Part shown: positions 16,689-26,431 of the stretch, one piece after another | How the letters are laid out: the number at the start of each line of letters is the position of its first letter | How positions within the stretch are numbered: the first letter of the stretch is position 1 | Source of the DNA: a virus | Taxonomy: Duplodnaviria; Caudoviricetes | Strand: one strand, 5' to 3' | IMG/VR virus record: IMGVR_UViG_3300031555_004309 | Span: 1 to 64,000 of that record | DNA length: 64,000 nucleotides | Made by a program: the position numbers and the translations under genes | The notes under the pieces: generated by a model | The model's database searches: none | What the model was told of the DNA's origin: nothing | The model's input: the letters and a program-made list of their open reading frames with translations, nothing else

Positions 16689-16725
16689 ATTATATTATAT
16701 CAGATTTTTTCTTTATTGTCAAATT

Positions 16726-17406
16726 TTAAAGTGTTAATTCTAACTTACCCGCTATTCTTTCTGCGGCTTGGATGAGCGCAGTATCTATACGACTTTCAGC
16801 AACTTTTTGTTGTTCAGCATACGTAATACATACGAAGCCAATAATTTGTTTATCTGTTGTAGTTGTTAGTGCGCGCGCATAAAACTTTTCTGCATTACCA
16901 AAAAGTTTCATAATTCCAAGCAATTCTGATTCATTACTCTCAATAGAGTTTTTATCTTTCACATAAACCTTATGTTGCTTGAGAAGAGTGTCGCAAAAAT
17001 CTCCATATAAAGAACGAGATATTTCTTGGATTTTGTCACCAACTTGTAAGTAGCCAGGCTTTGCTTTTTCGTTTACTGCATAAAATTTAAGAATTGAACT
17101 TCCTATACTATCATAATTGCCGTTTCGGTAACGGACTACAAGTGCATTAGTAGCATCCGTTTCCTCACGCAGAGTAGTTAAAACTTGGTCTATTTCTAAG
17201 CCTAATTTTTCAGATGCAAGTTCTTTTTCTTTATGGATTGAAGATACGATTGCGGAAAAGCGTTCTACGATTTTCTTTGCTATGAAAGTAGATGCTTTAT
17301 CGTTTGAAAATACAACCCATACTATAAAAAAGAAAATAGCGACTAAAAGTGCCTGCCAGCCATGTAGTCCGAGATAATCAAGGAGTTCTTTAAGATTGAA
17401 GTCCAT
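16726..17406 (-). CDS. single-TM protein with GAF-like C-terminal domain (T4 T-type holin-like)
   Basis: N-terminal TM; GAF-like pattern (LTTLREETDATNALVVRYRNG...IIGFVCITY). Confidence 0.45.
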   Translation of the reverse strand: MDFNLKELLDYLGLHGWQALLVAIFFFIVWVVFSNDKASTFIAKKIVERFSAIVSSIHKEKELASEKLGLEIDQVLTTLREETDATNALVVRYRNGNYDSIGSSILKFYAVNEKAKPGYLQVGDKIQEISRSLYGDFCDTLLKQHKVYVKDKNSIESNESELLGIMKLFGNAEKFYARALTTTTDKQIIGFVCITYAEQQKVAESRIDTALIQAAERIAGKLELTL

Positions 17407-17458
17407 TTATCCACCTCCCAATATTCTCTCAATTTAAAGTGGAATTTGTGGGAGGAGA

Positions 17459-17746
17459 TTATAAATTTTTATTGCCCTTGGTCCAGTAAGTAGAGAGTAA
17501 GTCTGCAAGTTTTTGAGCATCTTTTCTTTCATTGAATACAAGATATGGGTAGCCAGTTTTACCTATAATGGTTGCGCCGTATGCGTCTCTACCCATACGG
17601 AGATACTCTGCGAAGGAAATTCCAAGAACTCGACAAGGAATTCTACCTGCAAAATTTACCCCAGCAAAATAAGAATAAACTTCGTCAGACGGTACTATTT
17701 TATATTTATTTGTGATAGGACTGAGATCGACTGAAAATGCTTTCAT
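17459..17746 (-). CDS. hypothetical protein
   Basis: Coupled ORF. Confidence 0.6.
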   Translation of the reverse strand: MKAFSVDLSPITNKYKIVPSDEVYSYFAGVNFAGRIPCRVLGISFAEYLRMGRDAYGATIIGKTGYPYLVFNERKDAQKLADLLSTYWTKGNKNL

Positions 17747-18021
17747 ATCGTGATTTCCTTTCTTAGTTCTTCTACCTCAGCGCGCTCGTCATCCGACAGG
17801 TCAATAGCAACTATAGTGAAAGTACCTGGCTGCGGCAGCTCACCATTCCAAACTTTCTTTTCGGTAGGAATAGAAAAATCGTCTATGATATATTTTTTTA
17901 CAGTGGAAGGTGAGAAACCTGTAATGCGGGCTACGGCCGCATACGAATGTGTTTCAGGCTGAATATAGAGAGTATTCATTTTAAGAATATCTTCTTGAGT
18001 TACTTTCTTCGCCATTTTCAT
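17743..18021 (-). CDS. HTH DNA-binding protein
   Basis: SYAAVARITGFSPSTVKKY helix-turn-helix. Confidence 0.65.
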   Translation of the reverse strand: MKMAKKVTQEDILKMNTLYIQPETHSYAAVARITGFSPSTVKKYIIDDFSIPTEKKVWNGELPQPGTFTIVAIDLSDDERAEVEELRKEITI

Positions 18022-18189
18022 TCTCCTTTATACTACATTCATCATAAAACATACAATTTTGACATTGATTATTATACCAACATTCTTCACAATTATGAAT
18101 GACATCATATCCTCTTTCGGCATAATCTTCTTCCCAAGCCACTGGACAATTCCCATTTACACATTCAGGTCCACAATATCCTTTACACT

Positions 18190-18408
18190 TCATTTTTTAA
18201 TCTCCTTTAAAAAGTATCTATCACAACGTTTTGCAGTAAGATTCCAACATTTTTCACAAACCCTAATTGACCATTCTCTATTATTAGGACAGTTACCTGA
18301 ACCTAAACTATTATCAAGTCCATAATGATATGGACATGAATCCATATTAAAAACTCCAAAATGTTCTAATACCCATTCTCTATTAGTCATTCTTTCAAAT
18401 TTTCTCAT
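18190..18408 (-). CDS. small Cys-rich protein (coupled to 17981-18193, also Cys-rich)
   Basis: MTNREW...CP...CEKCW. Confidence 0.55.
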   Translation of the reverse strand: MRKFERMTNREWVLEHFGVFNMDSCPYHYGLDNSLGSGNCPNNREWSIRVCEKCWNLTAKRCDRYFLKEIKK

Positions 18409-18759
18409 TCTATCTCTCCTTCTCTTTTTTATCTACTTATATTATACCACGAAAAATAAAAGAAGTCAAGATTTACTTGACTTCTTTTTCTTGAAAGCCT
18501 TTACAGATATAGTAAAGTACTTCGAGCATTTCTTCTCTTACTAATGAACTTGTAACCAAGAATGGTAAGAATTCCTTGAGAAGAAAGTCCCATATTCTTT
18601 CACTCATTACTTTGTACCTCCTGTATTCGTGTACACGAATAGGAATGTAATGAGAGAAGTTTTTTATTTTATGATTTTATTATAACATAAGATTGGAGAA
18701 ATGTCAAATTTTTAATTGACACTTTTCCATCTTACATTTTTAAATCTATAATTTTTATA

Positions 18760-19308
18760 TTATTGAGTAACAACTATACTTCCTCCAATTTTAAATGTTA
18801 CTGTGAAAGAAGTATTTGGAGTACAAATTATTTTATCTGACTCTTTCAATACTGTTCTTGCGAACATTACTGTTCTGCCATAATACTGTCCAGAAACTGA
18901 CTCGTTTACTGATGCAAATAACCCTATCTCTTTAATCTCTAATGTATCCGTACCTGTATATGTCCATAATTGAGAAAGTACTATATCATTCCAATTATTC
19001 ACTGCAGCAGATGAACTGTTCGTTACAGAAAAATTTGTCATATCTATCGGACTAATTACATTATAATCATCATAGTCTTCTGGTTGATTAGAGCTACCAA
19101 ATGAGAATGTAGAACAGATAGAATTAGGTAAAGGTATTTTATTATTGGATACTGACTTAATTGCATTTAATATATTAGCACCTGATGAATTTACACCTAC
19201 TCCAAAGTAATTGCCATCAGTCTTCTTTAAGGGAATTTTATTTACTCCTCCATTAAGAGTGCTCATGACTGCAAGAACAAAGTTTCTATTTAACATATTA
19301 TTCACCAC
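18760..19308 (-). CDS. tail-collar/baseplate-like protein
   Basis: IKEIGLFA...VMFARTV motif of tail collar/fibre proteins. Confidence 0.55.
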   Translation of the reverse strand: MVNNMLNRNFVLAVMSTLNGGVNKIPLKKTDGNYFGVGVNSSGANILNAIKSVSNNKIPLPNSICSTFSFGSSNQPEDYDDYNVISPIDMTNFSVTNSSSAAVNNWNDIVLSQLWTYTGTDTLEIKEIGLFASVNESVSGQYYGRTVMFARTVLKESDKIICTPNTSFTVTFKIGGSIVVTQ

Positions 19309-19531
19309 TCCTTATTATTAATTCGCTTTGAATACAGCTTAAAATATTCGCAAATGGAACTGTTCCCACACCTACTTTTGTAGAAATCAATTCTATTCCC
19401 TCTTTTTCTCCTATTGCTTCTTCAACTTTTTCCAATAAATTTCCATAAGTCACGTCCTTATCTTCAGGATAATATTTTTTATATAACCTTTTTACCCTTT
19501 CAGGCCATCTTTCTATTAAGAGACGATTCAT
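19298..19531 (-). CDS. small protein paralogous to the N-terminus of 26432-27352
   Basis: KYYPEDKDVTYGNLLEKVEEAI vs KYFPEDKSVTYGNLREKIDEAI. Confidence 0.6.
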   Translation of the reverse strand: MNRLLIERWPERVKRLYKKYYPEDKDVTYGNLLEKVEEAIGEKEGIELISTKVGVGTVPFANILSCIQSELIIRSGE

Positions 19532-19561
19532 TTTCTCCCCTCCTATTTTTCGGTCTATTTT

Positions 19562-21190
19562 TTATGAGGTAGCAACTGTCCATCCTGTCGCCAATGCTAT
19601 TTCTGCCGCAGTTAATTCACTTGTACCTTCACAATTTACAATTTTTATTTGCTTGCCTGTAAGATTTAATGTACCAAGATATGTTAATAAATTTACTAAT
19701 GCAGTATGGTCTAGTGCTTGGTCTGTGAAATCGATCTGCGGCGCGGTCCCGCCAAAAGTCGAATTAGGTGGTAACGTTACTTCTGTAAGGGATCCTCTAA
19801 CTATTGATGAACGAGTGCTATTTGCGTAGCCTTTACAAGTAATTTTTTGTAAATTAACACCACAATTTGCTGATAATTTTTTAAGATTTCTATAATTCGT
19901 TAAATCCCAAGTCTGTTGTGGATGAGATGTACTTCCATATTCTGATGGGAAATATATCTCTTCTATTATCGAGTTACCTGAATTAAACAGATTATTAGAT
20001 GTTGTGGTATCTATTTTTGGGGCTTTGGGAAATTTTAACACAAGAGTAAATGTTGATGAACCAAAAGCATTTAGATTAGTAACATTTGACATCGAAACTC
20101 CACTAAAATCAATTTCTTTTAATCCTGATAATTGTAAAAATGCGGCCATATTTGTTATATTATCTGCCCAATCATTATTAGTAGGTAGTGTTAATTTTTT
20201 AAGATTTATATCATAATAAAATACGCTATTAAATGTGCCCGCTTTTGTACTGTCAGTATTCATTGTAGCAGGAAAACTAAATTCTTCGAGAGCAGTGTAT
20301 GAAAATGCACTGGCTACAGAATATAGAGCTGGGTAAGAATTACCTTTCCAAGTAACTTGTTTTAAATTAGTACAATACGTACACATAGAACTAATACTGC
20401 TAAGGAGGGGCGCATTAGGAATTGTAATTTTCTTCAACATACAACACCTATAACACATAGTTGTCATACTTGCCAAACTCGGCATATTGGTAGGAAGTAT
20501 GAGTTCTTGAAGTGACCTACAATCATAACACATATAGTTCATTGTAGTAGCCGCGGTGCAGGATGATACATCAATATATTCAAGATAGGGGCAAAGACCA
20601 ATATTTATGCTTTGATTAAAACATCCCGCCATATATACTAAACTTGTAGGGGTCGAAGTATTTGTTTTTATCGCTAACCAGCTTTGATATGCAGAGTGAT
20701 CGTCTTGTCCCCAAATACGGAAACCTGCTATGAAATTGCTCCCAGTTGTAGTTTGGTTTATTTTTATAATATATGTATTATACCCATCTTCTGTTCCTTG
20801 TGTTGCATAATGATGATGAGCTTGATATGAATAAGAAACAGACATTCCTTTATAAGTATTTTTAACATTTGTTTGGAGATTAGTTTCTACTGTGCCATCT
20901 CCCCAATCTATAGAAACTTTTACATTATTATTTTTTCCTATCACTAAAAAAGTCACATCAGGGCAAATGTCAGAAACCAAAATTACAATATCATCAGTAG
21001 TATTAGTACGAATATCTGGCCAACCTTGCGGCCAAGTCCAATCTCCTCCTGAAGGTATATTTAATACTTTTGGTACGAGTTCTGTAAAAGTTTCAGAAGA
21101 TGATGAAGGGACTCCTTTTGTGGTTAAGTTCGCAGCGAGATCGGCTTTATCAGAAATTAATTGATTGAGGTAGTCAGTAGTTGTTGGCAT
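19562..21190 (-). CDS. BspA-like leucine-rich repeat virion/receptor-binding protein
   Basis: Phage N-terminal anchor (LAANLTTKGV..ETFTELVPKV), IDWGDG PKD-like motif, repeated MCxxCxxL LRR units. Confidence 0.7.
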   Translation of the reverse strand: MPTTTDYLNQLISDKADLAANLTTKGVPSSSSETFTELVPKVLNIPSGGDWTWPQGWPDIRTNTTDDIVILVSDICPDVTFLVIGKNNNVKVSIDWGDGTVETNLQTNVKNTYKGMSVSYSYQAHHHYATQGTEDGYNTYIIKINQTTTGSNFIAGFRIWGQDDHSAYQSWLAIKTNTSTPTSLVYMAGCFNQSINIGLCPYLEYIDVSSCTAATTMNYMCYDCRSLQELILPTNMPSLASMTTMCYRCCMLKKITIPNAPLLSSISSMCTYCTNLKQVTWKGNSYPALYSVASAFSYTALEEFSFPATMNTDSTKAGTFNSVFYYDINLKKLTLPTNNDWADNITNMAAFLQLSGLKEIDFSGVSMSNVTNLNAFGSSTFTLVLKFPKAPKIDTTTSNNLFNSGNSIIEEIYFPSEYGSTSHPQQTWDLTNYRNLKKLSANCGVNLQKITCKGYANSTRSSIVRGSLTEVTLPPNSTFGGTAPQIDFTDQALDHTALVNLLTYLGTLNLTGKQIKIVNCEGTSELTAAEIALATGWTVATS

Positions 21191-22569
21191 TATGAACCAC
21201 CTCCTATACTTGCAAGAGTTGCAAGAATTGTGTTTATTGAGCCTACTGTAGTGTCTACATAAGATTTTATAATGGAATTTTGAACGGGGTTCGTAGAAGA
21301 ATCTGACATTGCAGTATCAATAGTTAAAGTATCTTGCTTATTGTTCCAATTACTTATATCAGTAGAGGTAATAAATAAACCAGGATATTCAGGAATATAA
21401 TTAGTAGGAATTTTATGATATTCTGCTCTTGTACCTGAAAAATTTCCTATAGAAGCCGTATTTCCTTGAAGATACGCATCACGATAAGCATTAAAAGTAT
21501 CTTCGTTTGTAAGAATAAATGCTGAGCCTGATTTATATGGAGAACTTATCATTGTTGAGGATAACTCACGATTAGTAACAATTACAAATCCAGCACCAGA
21601 ACTAGGATCAGTTTGAAATGTGAGCACATAAGAATCTTCTTCAGGTTTTGAACTATCCCATAAACTAGGTGTTGCTGAGCTAATACTGATGTTATTAGCA
21701 TAGAAGTAATAAGTTTCATTTGGATCAATACTTAAAGACATTTCGCCTGTCCAATAGTAATTGGTTGTATTGTATTCTTCACGACTGAAAAATTCTATTG
21801 GAGAAGGTATGTTTATTTTGTTATTAGAAAGAGAAACTGTTTCTTTATAGAAGGGTCTATTTTTTATGTATGCTGATGAAGCCTCGTCTTCTTCATCCCA
21901 ATTAGATTTTAGTAATATTTGTTGTAAAATATTTTGAAAACTGGGATCTTTGAAATTAATATAGGATAAGGGAAGATGATGTGTATTTTTTACATACCCA
22001 TCTACCATACCTAAGTAGTAAAGATGATTACCATCAAAATAATCTTCTTTAAACATATCATACAATGATTTTGAAGTCATTATTAGAATACTTTCAGGAT
22101 TATAAACTGCTTCTCCTGTTTCTGATATACCTGTATTTGTTTGAATCATTAAAAATCTATTATTATTATCTATAAAATTAAGTGTAAAAACAGTTTCATC
22201 ATCTAATATGGCAGTACTAGCTGTCGCAGAAAGCAAACGTGTGTCATCTTGATATAAATAATATGTTTCTCCTTCTGTTAATTCTAAATGTACATTTGCA
22301 TTTATGATTGCTAATTCTCCAAAATATCTGTCCGTAGCTGTTACCCAATAAGGAGGCGGGAACTCCATTTTCTCAGAACTAAGTGTAGTTGTTTCTAGCC
22401 ATATAGGTTTATTTTTAATATAATCTTTTGAAGAACTATCTTCTTCATTCCAATCTGGGTTTGGTATTGCTGTTGCCGGCGCATAAGTTGAAGAAATGAT
22501 ATTACCTTCTCCATCTCTCACTGCTGCGCCCGCAACTAAATCATCTGAAAATTGTTTTTCTATCGGCAT
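21190..22569 (-). CDS. tail fibre-like protein with internal duplication
   Basis: Two DW.EED..S..YIKN.P fibre repeats; WNNKQD, STNPVQN motifs. Confidence 0.65.
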   Translation of the reverse strand: MPIEKQFSDDLVAGAAVRDGEGNIISSTYAPATAIPNPDWNEEDSSSKDYIKNKPIWLETTTLSSEKMEFPPPYWVTATDRYFGELAIINANVHLELTEGETYYLYQDDTRLLSATASTAILDDETVFTLNFIDNNNRFLMIQTNTGISETGEAVYNPESILIMTSKSLYDMFKEDYFDGNHLYYLGMVDGYVKNTHHLPLSYINFKDPSFQNILQQILLKSNWDEEDEASSAYIKNRPFYKETVSLSNNKINIPSPIEFFSREEYNTTNYYWTGEMSLSIDPNETYYFYANNISISSATPSLWDSSKPEEDSYVLTFQTDPSSGAGFVIVTNRELSSTMISSPYKSGSAFILTNEDTFNAYRDAYLQGNTASIGNFSGTRAEYHKIPTNYIPEYPGLFITSTDISNWNNKQDTLTIDTAMSDSSTNPVQNSIIKSYVDTTVGSINTILATLASIGGGS

Positions 22570-22584
22570 ATATTTTCACCGCCT

Positions 22585-23427
22585 TTAACCTTCACTTTCC
22601 CAATTTGTAAATGTTCTTGAGTGGAGATTAAGATCTACCACTGTGTTAATTGCAGAAATTTGAGTAGTAGAAAGTTTGTCTTGTTTTGAAGTTTCTAAAG
22701 TTGTAACTCTGCTACTAAGACTTGTTGCAGTTGTTTCAAGAGAAGTTACTCTTGTGGCTACGCCCGCGATACTTGAATTTATCGTAGTAGCCATTATATC
22801 AATTTCTGTCTTAGTATAATAATTACTTAAATCAATTCTTTGAACGCCCAATCTTTCCCAATGGTCACCAGAAGGAGAGGGGTTTCCTTTTATATAAATC
22901 CACTCAGTATATAATTGTCCAGTTGTAGAAGAAGAATCTGGTACAAGATATAAAGTGGTATAAGAAATATCCTGTGTTGGTAAAGTTTGAACTACTTCAA
23001 TTGCGAATTTCGGTATTGTCGAAATTAATTGGTCTACGTCATCTTTTGAATAAGTGGTTGCTTTATCTGCTTTAAGGGCTAATGCCGCGGTAGTATCGCT
23101 AATATGCGTGTTTACAGTTGAAGTAAGTGTTGCTAAACTACTTTTAGTTGTGGTTAAGTCTGTTTCTAAAGTTGTGACTCTGCTACTTAAAGAAGTTGTA
23201 GTAGTTTCTAAAGTTGTAACTCTGTTACTTAATGAAGTTGTTGTTGTTTCTAATGAAGAAACTTTTGTCTCTAATGTAGAAACTCTAGTACCTAAAGTAC
23301 TATCTACATCTCCCTCTGTTAAATAAGTTGTAGAAATTATTCTACCCTGATCATCACGTATCGCCGCACCAGCGACTAGATCATCAGAAAATATTTTATT
23401 ATAATCTGCCATTATCTTGCCTCCCAA
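22585..23427 (-). CDS. tail fibre-like trimeric coiled-coil protein
   Basis: Heptad repeats RVTTLETTTTSLS; KADKATTYSK; DLSNYYTKTEID; N-terminus paralogous to 21190-22569. Confidence 0.65.
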   Translation of the reverse strand: MGGKIMADYNKIFSDDLVAGAAIRDDQGRIISTTYLTEGDVDSTLGTRVSTLETKVSSLETTTTSLSNRVTTLETTTTSLSSRVTTLETDLTTTKSSLATLTSTVNTHISDTTAALALKADKATTYSKDDVDQLISTIPKFAIEVVQTLPTQDISYTTLYLVPDSSSTTGQLYTEWIYIKGNPSPSGDHWERLGVQRIDLSNYYTKTEIDIMATTINSSIAGVATRVTSLETTATSLSSRVTTLETSKQDKLSTTQISAINTVVDLNLHSRTFTNWESEG

Positions 23428-24140
23428 TGGTCAAAAGTTATTTCTGAAAAAATTGCTTTGCCTAAATTTTCAATTGCATCAACTTCTCCATTTAAAAGTA
23501 AATTTTCAGGAGTAATTTCCACATCTCCTTTTCTATATTCTGTTTCTTGTGCGCCCTTTACTCCAGTTACAACATCGTCAAGGTCTGCTTTTTCTGCAAT
23601 TGCCGCACGAAGTTCACTATCATCATAATTAAAAATATGGGATAATCTTTCTATTTCCTCGTCAGAAACTAAAGATTTTCCTATCTCTTTATCTACTTTT
23701 CCATTTAAAAATTCATTAATCTCTGTGCGAGAATAGGTATCGACTTGACGTCCAAGGTCTCGTGCAAATTCTTCTTCTGTGCCTTGATATCCCGCCTCTA
23801 CTGCATATTGATAAGCAGATTTACCATCTTTACCTATTAATTCTTTATCAAAACGATATACTTCGCCATCTGACATCTCAAAACAAAGATACGAACCTTC
23901 AACATAGATATCTTTTACACCTCGTCCAAACCAGCCATTGAAGTCTGAATCAACAGATTCTGTTTCAGCATTTAACTCAGCGGTCGGTGGTTGCGACAAA
24001 GAAAAAATTATATTAGATGAAATATCAGGAGTTGTTGTAGATACTTCTGCTGAAAAAATTTCACCTGTTTGACCTTCTATTGTTGATTGAAGAGAAGAAA
24101 GGGTAGCAACAATATCTACATTAAGTTCGTTGTTTCCCAT
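23412..24140 (-). CDS. tail fibre-like protein
   Basis: GKDGKSAYQYAVEAGYQGTEEEF and VTGVKG..E..YR.G.V.IT motifs. Confidence 0.65.
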   Translation of the reverse strand: MGNNELNVDIVATLSSLQSTIEGQTGEIFSAEVSTTTPDISSNIIFSLSQPPTAELNAETESVDSDFNGWFGRGVKDIYVEGSYLCFEMSDGEVYRFDKELIGKDGKSAYQYAVEAGYQGTEEEFARDLGRQVDTYSRTEINEFLNGKVDKEIGKSLVSDEEIERLSHIFNYDDSELRAAIAEKADLDDVVTGVKGAQETEYRKGDVEITPENLLLNGEVDAIENLGKAIFSEITFDHWEAR

Positions 24141-24153
24141 TTTCTACCTCCGT

Positions 24154-24513
24154 TTATTCTACAATTATTCTATTTCCTCTTGAAATAGTCGTTTTAGTAT
24201 CACTATGAATGAAAATAATATCAAATGTATAAGTACCAATGGGTAACTTTGAAGAATATTCTTCTGTCATTTGTAAAGTAACTGTATCCCCACTCATTGA
24301 ACTTCCTTTATATGAGATTGAGAAGATTTCTTTTTTCTGCATAGAACGGAAACTAAAGACTATTTGATCATCAGGTAGAATGGTTACAGGTGAGGCAGAG
24401 GGGTCTTTAATGGTAATAGTGACATTCATTTCAAAGGTGTCATTTGCATACCATCTTAGTGTACCGTCTTCTGCAAAGCGCGGTGAGGCGGCAGCAGGTT
24501 TTAAATTTCCCAT
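24154..24513 (-). CDS. Ig-like baseplate upper protein-like
   Basis: beta-rich; LPIGTYTFDI motif. Confidence 0.4.
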   Translation of the reverse strand: MGNLKPAAASPRFAEDGTLRWYANDTFEMNVTITIKDPSASPVTILPDDQIVFSFRSMQKKEIFSISYKGSSMSGDTVTLQMTEEYSSKLPIGTYTFDIIFIHSDTKTTISRGNRIIVE

Positions 24514-24552
24514 TTTATACCTCCTTTATAAGTTTTATTTTTAAAGGTTTGT

Positions 24553-24780
24553 TTACCACGCATCTATTGGACCTGGCGCAGGATTACTCTGAATAGGAGG
24601 TTTTTCTCCGTATTTTAACCAACTTCCTGCTTCTATACAAAAATATAGGTCTCCATTAATTAGCAGGGCTCTGTCGCCTGGTTTTGGATTAGTAGGTAAA
24701 TCATTTGCCGATTTTGCAAAATACTCACTATAACCAATAGTAGGTCGGCCCATATATTCGGTTTTAATTATGTTTGGCAT
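24553..24780 (-). CDS. small virion-associated protein, paralog of 25469-25651
   Basis: MPNIIKTEYMGRPTIGYSEY vs MANIVKTEYMNQPILGFSEY. Confidence 0.6.
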   Translation of the reverse strand: MPNIIKTEYMGRPTIGYSEYFAKSANDLPTNPKPGDRALLINGDLYFCIEAGSWLKYGEKPPIQSNPAPGPIDAW

Positions 24781-24793
24781 TTATTTCACCTCT

Positions 24794-25465
24794 TTATGCT
24801 GTTGCGCCAAAATATGCGTTAAGTATTTCTGTTACCACCAATTCATAAGAGGATGCATCATAATTTGGCATAATATTTGACGTAATATAACGATTATTTG
24901 GATTTGATACTTCTCCATCTCTTGCACCTAAACTTGAATAATAATAAGTTGTCCCATTATATGTCAAATTTCCTTGTACAGAAGCGACTCGTGTGGCACT
25001 ATCGGTATATGTCATCATATTATTTGGTGAATTTGTTTTTGATATAACAATTGGAGTGTATTGCTGATTAAATGGAAATACCGTCCTGTAAACACTTGTA
25101 ATAGCACAAATGTCATTACTTCTTCCATCTACTAAATAATAATTAATGTTATTAACTGTTCCAATAATTTCACCAGCTGAAACAAGGAAATTATAATTTA
25201 CAATATTTGCCGTCAATTCAATATTTGTTGTTGGTGTATAAGGAAATGAAATTACATTTCCATTTCCATCTTTCCACCCTGTGAATGTTTTACCCGTTTC
25301 AACTGTCGGCACAGGTGGTTCTGTTATACTTTCACTTTGCTGACAAGAAGCAATATAATAATCTTCCCCATCAACTTTGAATGTAACTGTATAACCGCCT
25401 GTTATGCCGCCGGAGCCTCCACCAAGGCTTTTACCTATTAAAAAACTCATAATATCTAATGCCAT
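24794..25465 (-). CDS. InlB B-repeat (Flg_new)-like module plus variable domain
   Basis: YTVTFKVDG..EPPVP..FTGW..FPYTP. Confidence 0.65.
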   Translation of the reverse strand: MALDIMSFLIGKSLGGGSGGITGGYTVTFKVDGEDYYIASCQQSESITEPPVPTVETGKTFTGWKDGNGNVISFPYTPTTNIELTANIVNYNFLVSAGEIIGTVNNINYYLVDGRSNDICAITSVYRTVFPFNQQYTPIVISKTNSPNNMMTYTDSATRVASVQGNLTYNGTTYYYSSLGARDGEVSNPNNRYITSNIMPNYDASSYELVVTEILNAYFGATA

Positions 25466-25468
25466 TTT

Positions 25469-25651
25469 TTAACCCCCTATCTTTTCCCAAGAACCTTGAG
25501 TAATACAAATATAAAGTCCACTTTCTACCACAATCGCGCGGTCTCCAGGTTGAGGAGATATCGCGGTGAGATCGGTTGTATATTTGACAAGATATTCGCT
25601 AAACCCAAGAATTGGTTGGTTCATATATTCAGTTTTTACTATATTTGCCAT
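25469..25651 (-). CDS. small virion-associated protein, paralog of 24553-24780
   Basis: Shared KTEYM, SEY, PGDRA, LY.CI..GSW motifs. Confidence 0.6.
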   Translation of the reverse strand: MANIVKTEYMNQPILGFSEYLVKYTTDLTAISPQPGDRAIVVESGLYICITQGSWEKIGG

Positions 25652-25663
25652 TTTATACCTCCT

Positions 25664-26419
25664 TTATACTAAAACTTGTTCATCAGGATAAAGCGGAATT
25701 CCGTGATAATACCAATCTAAACATTTTCTTGAATATTCTAACACATTATCTTCTGTTGGATTAAAAACTTGTGAAATATTATACAAAGTATTGTCCAAAA
25801 AACGATTTAAATTCGTTGCATCATCTAACCCATAACCATTACTAGTTCTGCTATAATTTAAAATTAAATTCTTATTTTCATAGCTAAAAGGTATAGGCGT
25901 ATAAATTTGATAGCTTCCTGTCCCAGCAGTTTTATCTATATATCCCGTATCATTTTCAGTAATTATAAAAGCATAAATAGATGTAACATTTAAACTAGAA
26001 CTATTCTTTTTATAATCTCTTAATAAAAATACTAATGAAGGTTTTGTTTCTAAAGTTGTTTCTCTCCAATAATATCTATTTGCAGTAATATTTCCTCCAC
26101 TTGCTATATTTATTAATCCATTAGAAACTACTAAAAAATTGTATTCCTTTATATTCGCCGTTAAGGTCATATCTCTTGTGGGAATAAAAGGAAATATTAT
26201 ATCATTTTCATCTTCATCTTGCCAAGAATTGACTATCTTACCTTCCAAGAGTGGTTTAGGAGGTTCTTTAATATTTTCACCTTGTTGACAACTTGCTACA
26301 TAATAATCTTCTCCCTCAACTTTAAACTTAACTTTATATCCTAAATTTCCGCCCTCGACTACTGTACTTCCTGCGGCAAGACCGACTATAAGTCCGTTTT
26401 GAAAATCTTTATTCGCCAT
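25664..26419 (-). CDS. InlB B-repeat-like module plus variable domain
   Basis: YKVKFKVEGEDYYVASCQQGENIKEPP. Confidence 0.65.
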   Translation of the reverse strand: MANKDFQNGLIVGLAAGSTVVEGGNLGYKVKFKVEGEDYYVASCQQGENIKEPPKPLLEGKIVNSWQDEDENDIIFPFIPTRDMTLTANIKEYNFLVVSNGLINIASGGNITANRYYWRETTLETKPSLVFLLRDYKKNSSSLNVTSIYAFIITENDTGYIDKTAGTGSYQIYTPIPFSYENKNLILNYSRTSNGYGLDDATNLNRFLDNTLYNISQVFNPTEDNVLEYSRKCLDWYYHGIPLYPDEQVLV

Positions 26420-26431
26420 TATAAAACCTCC

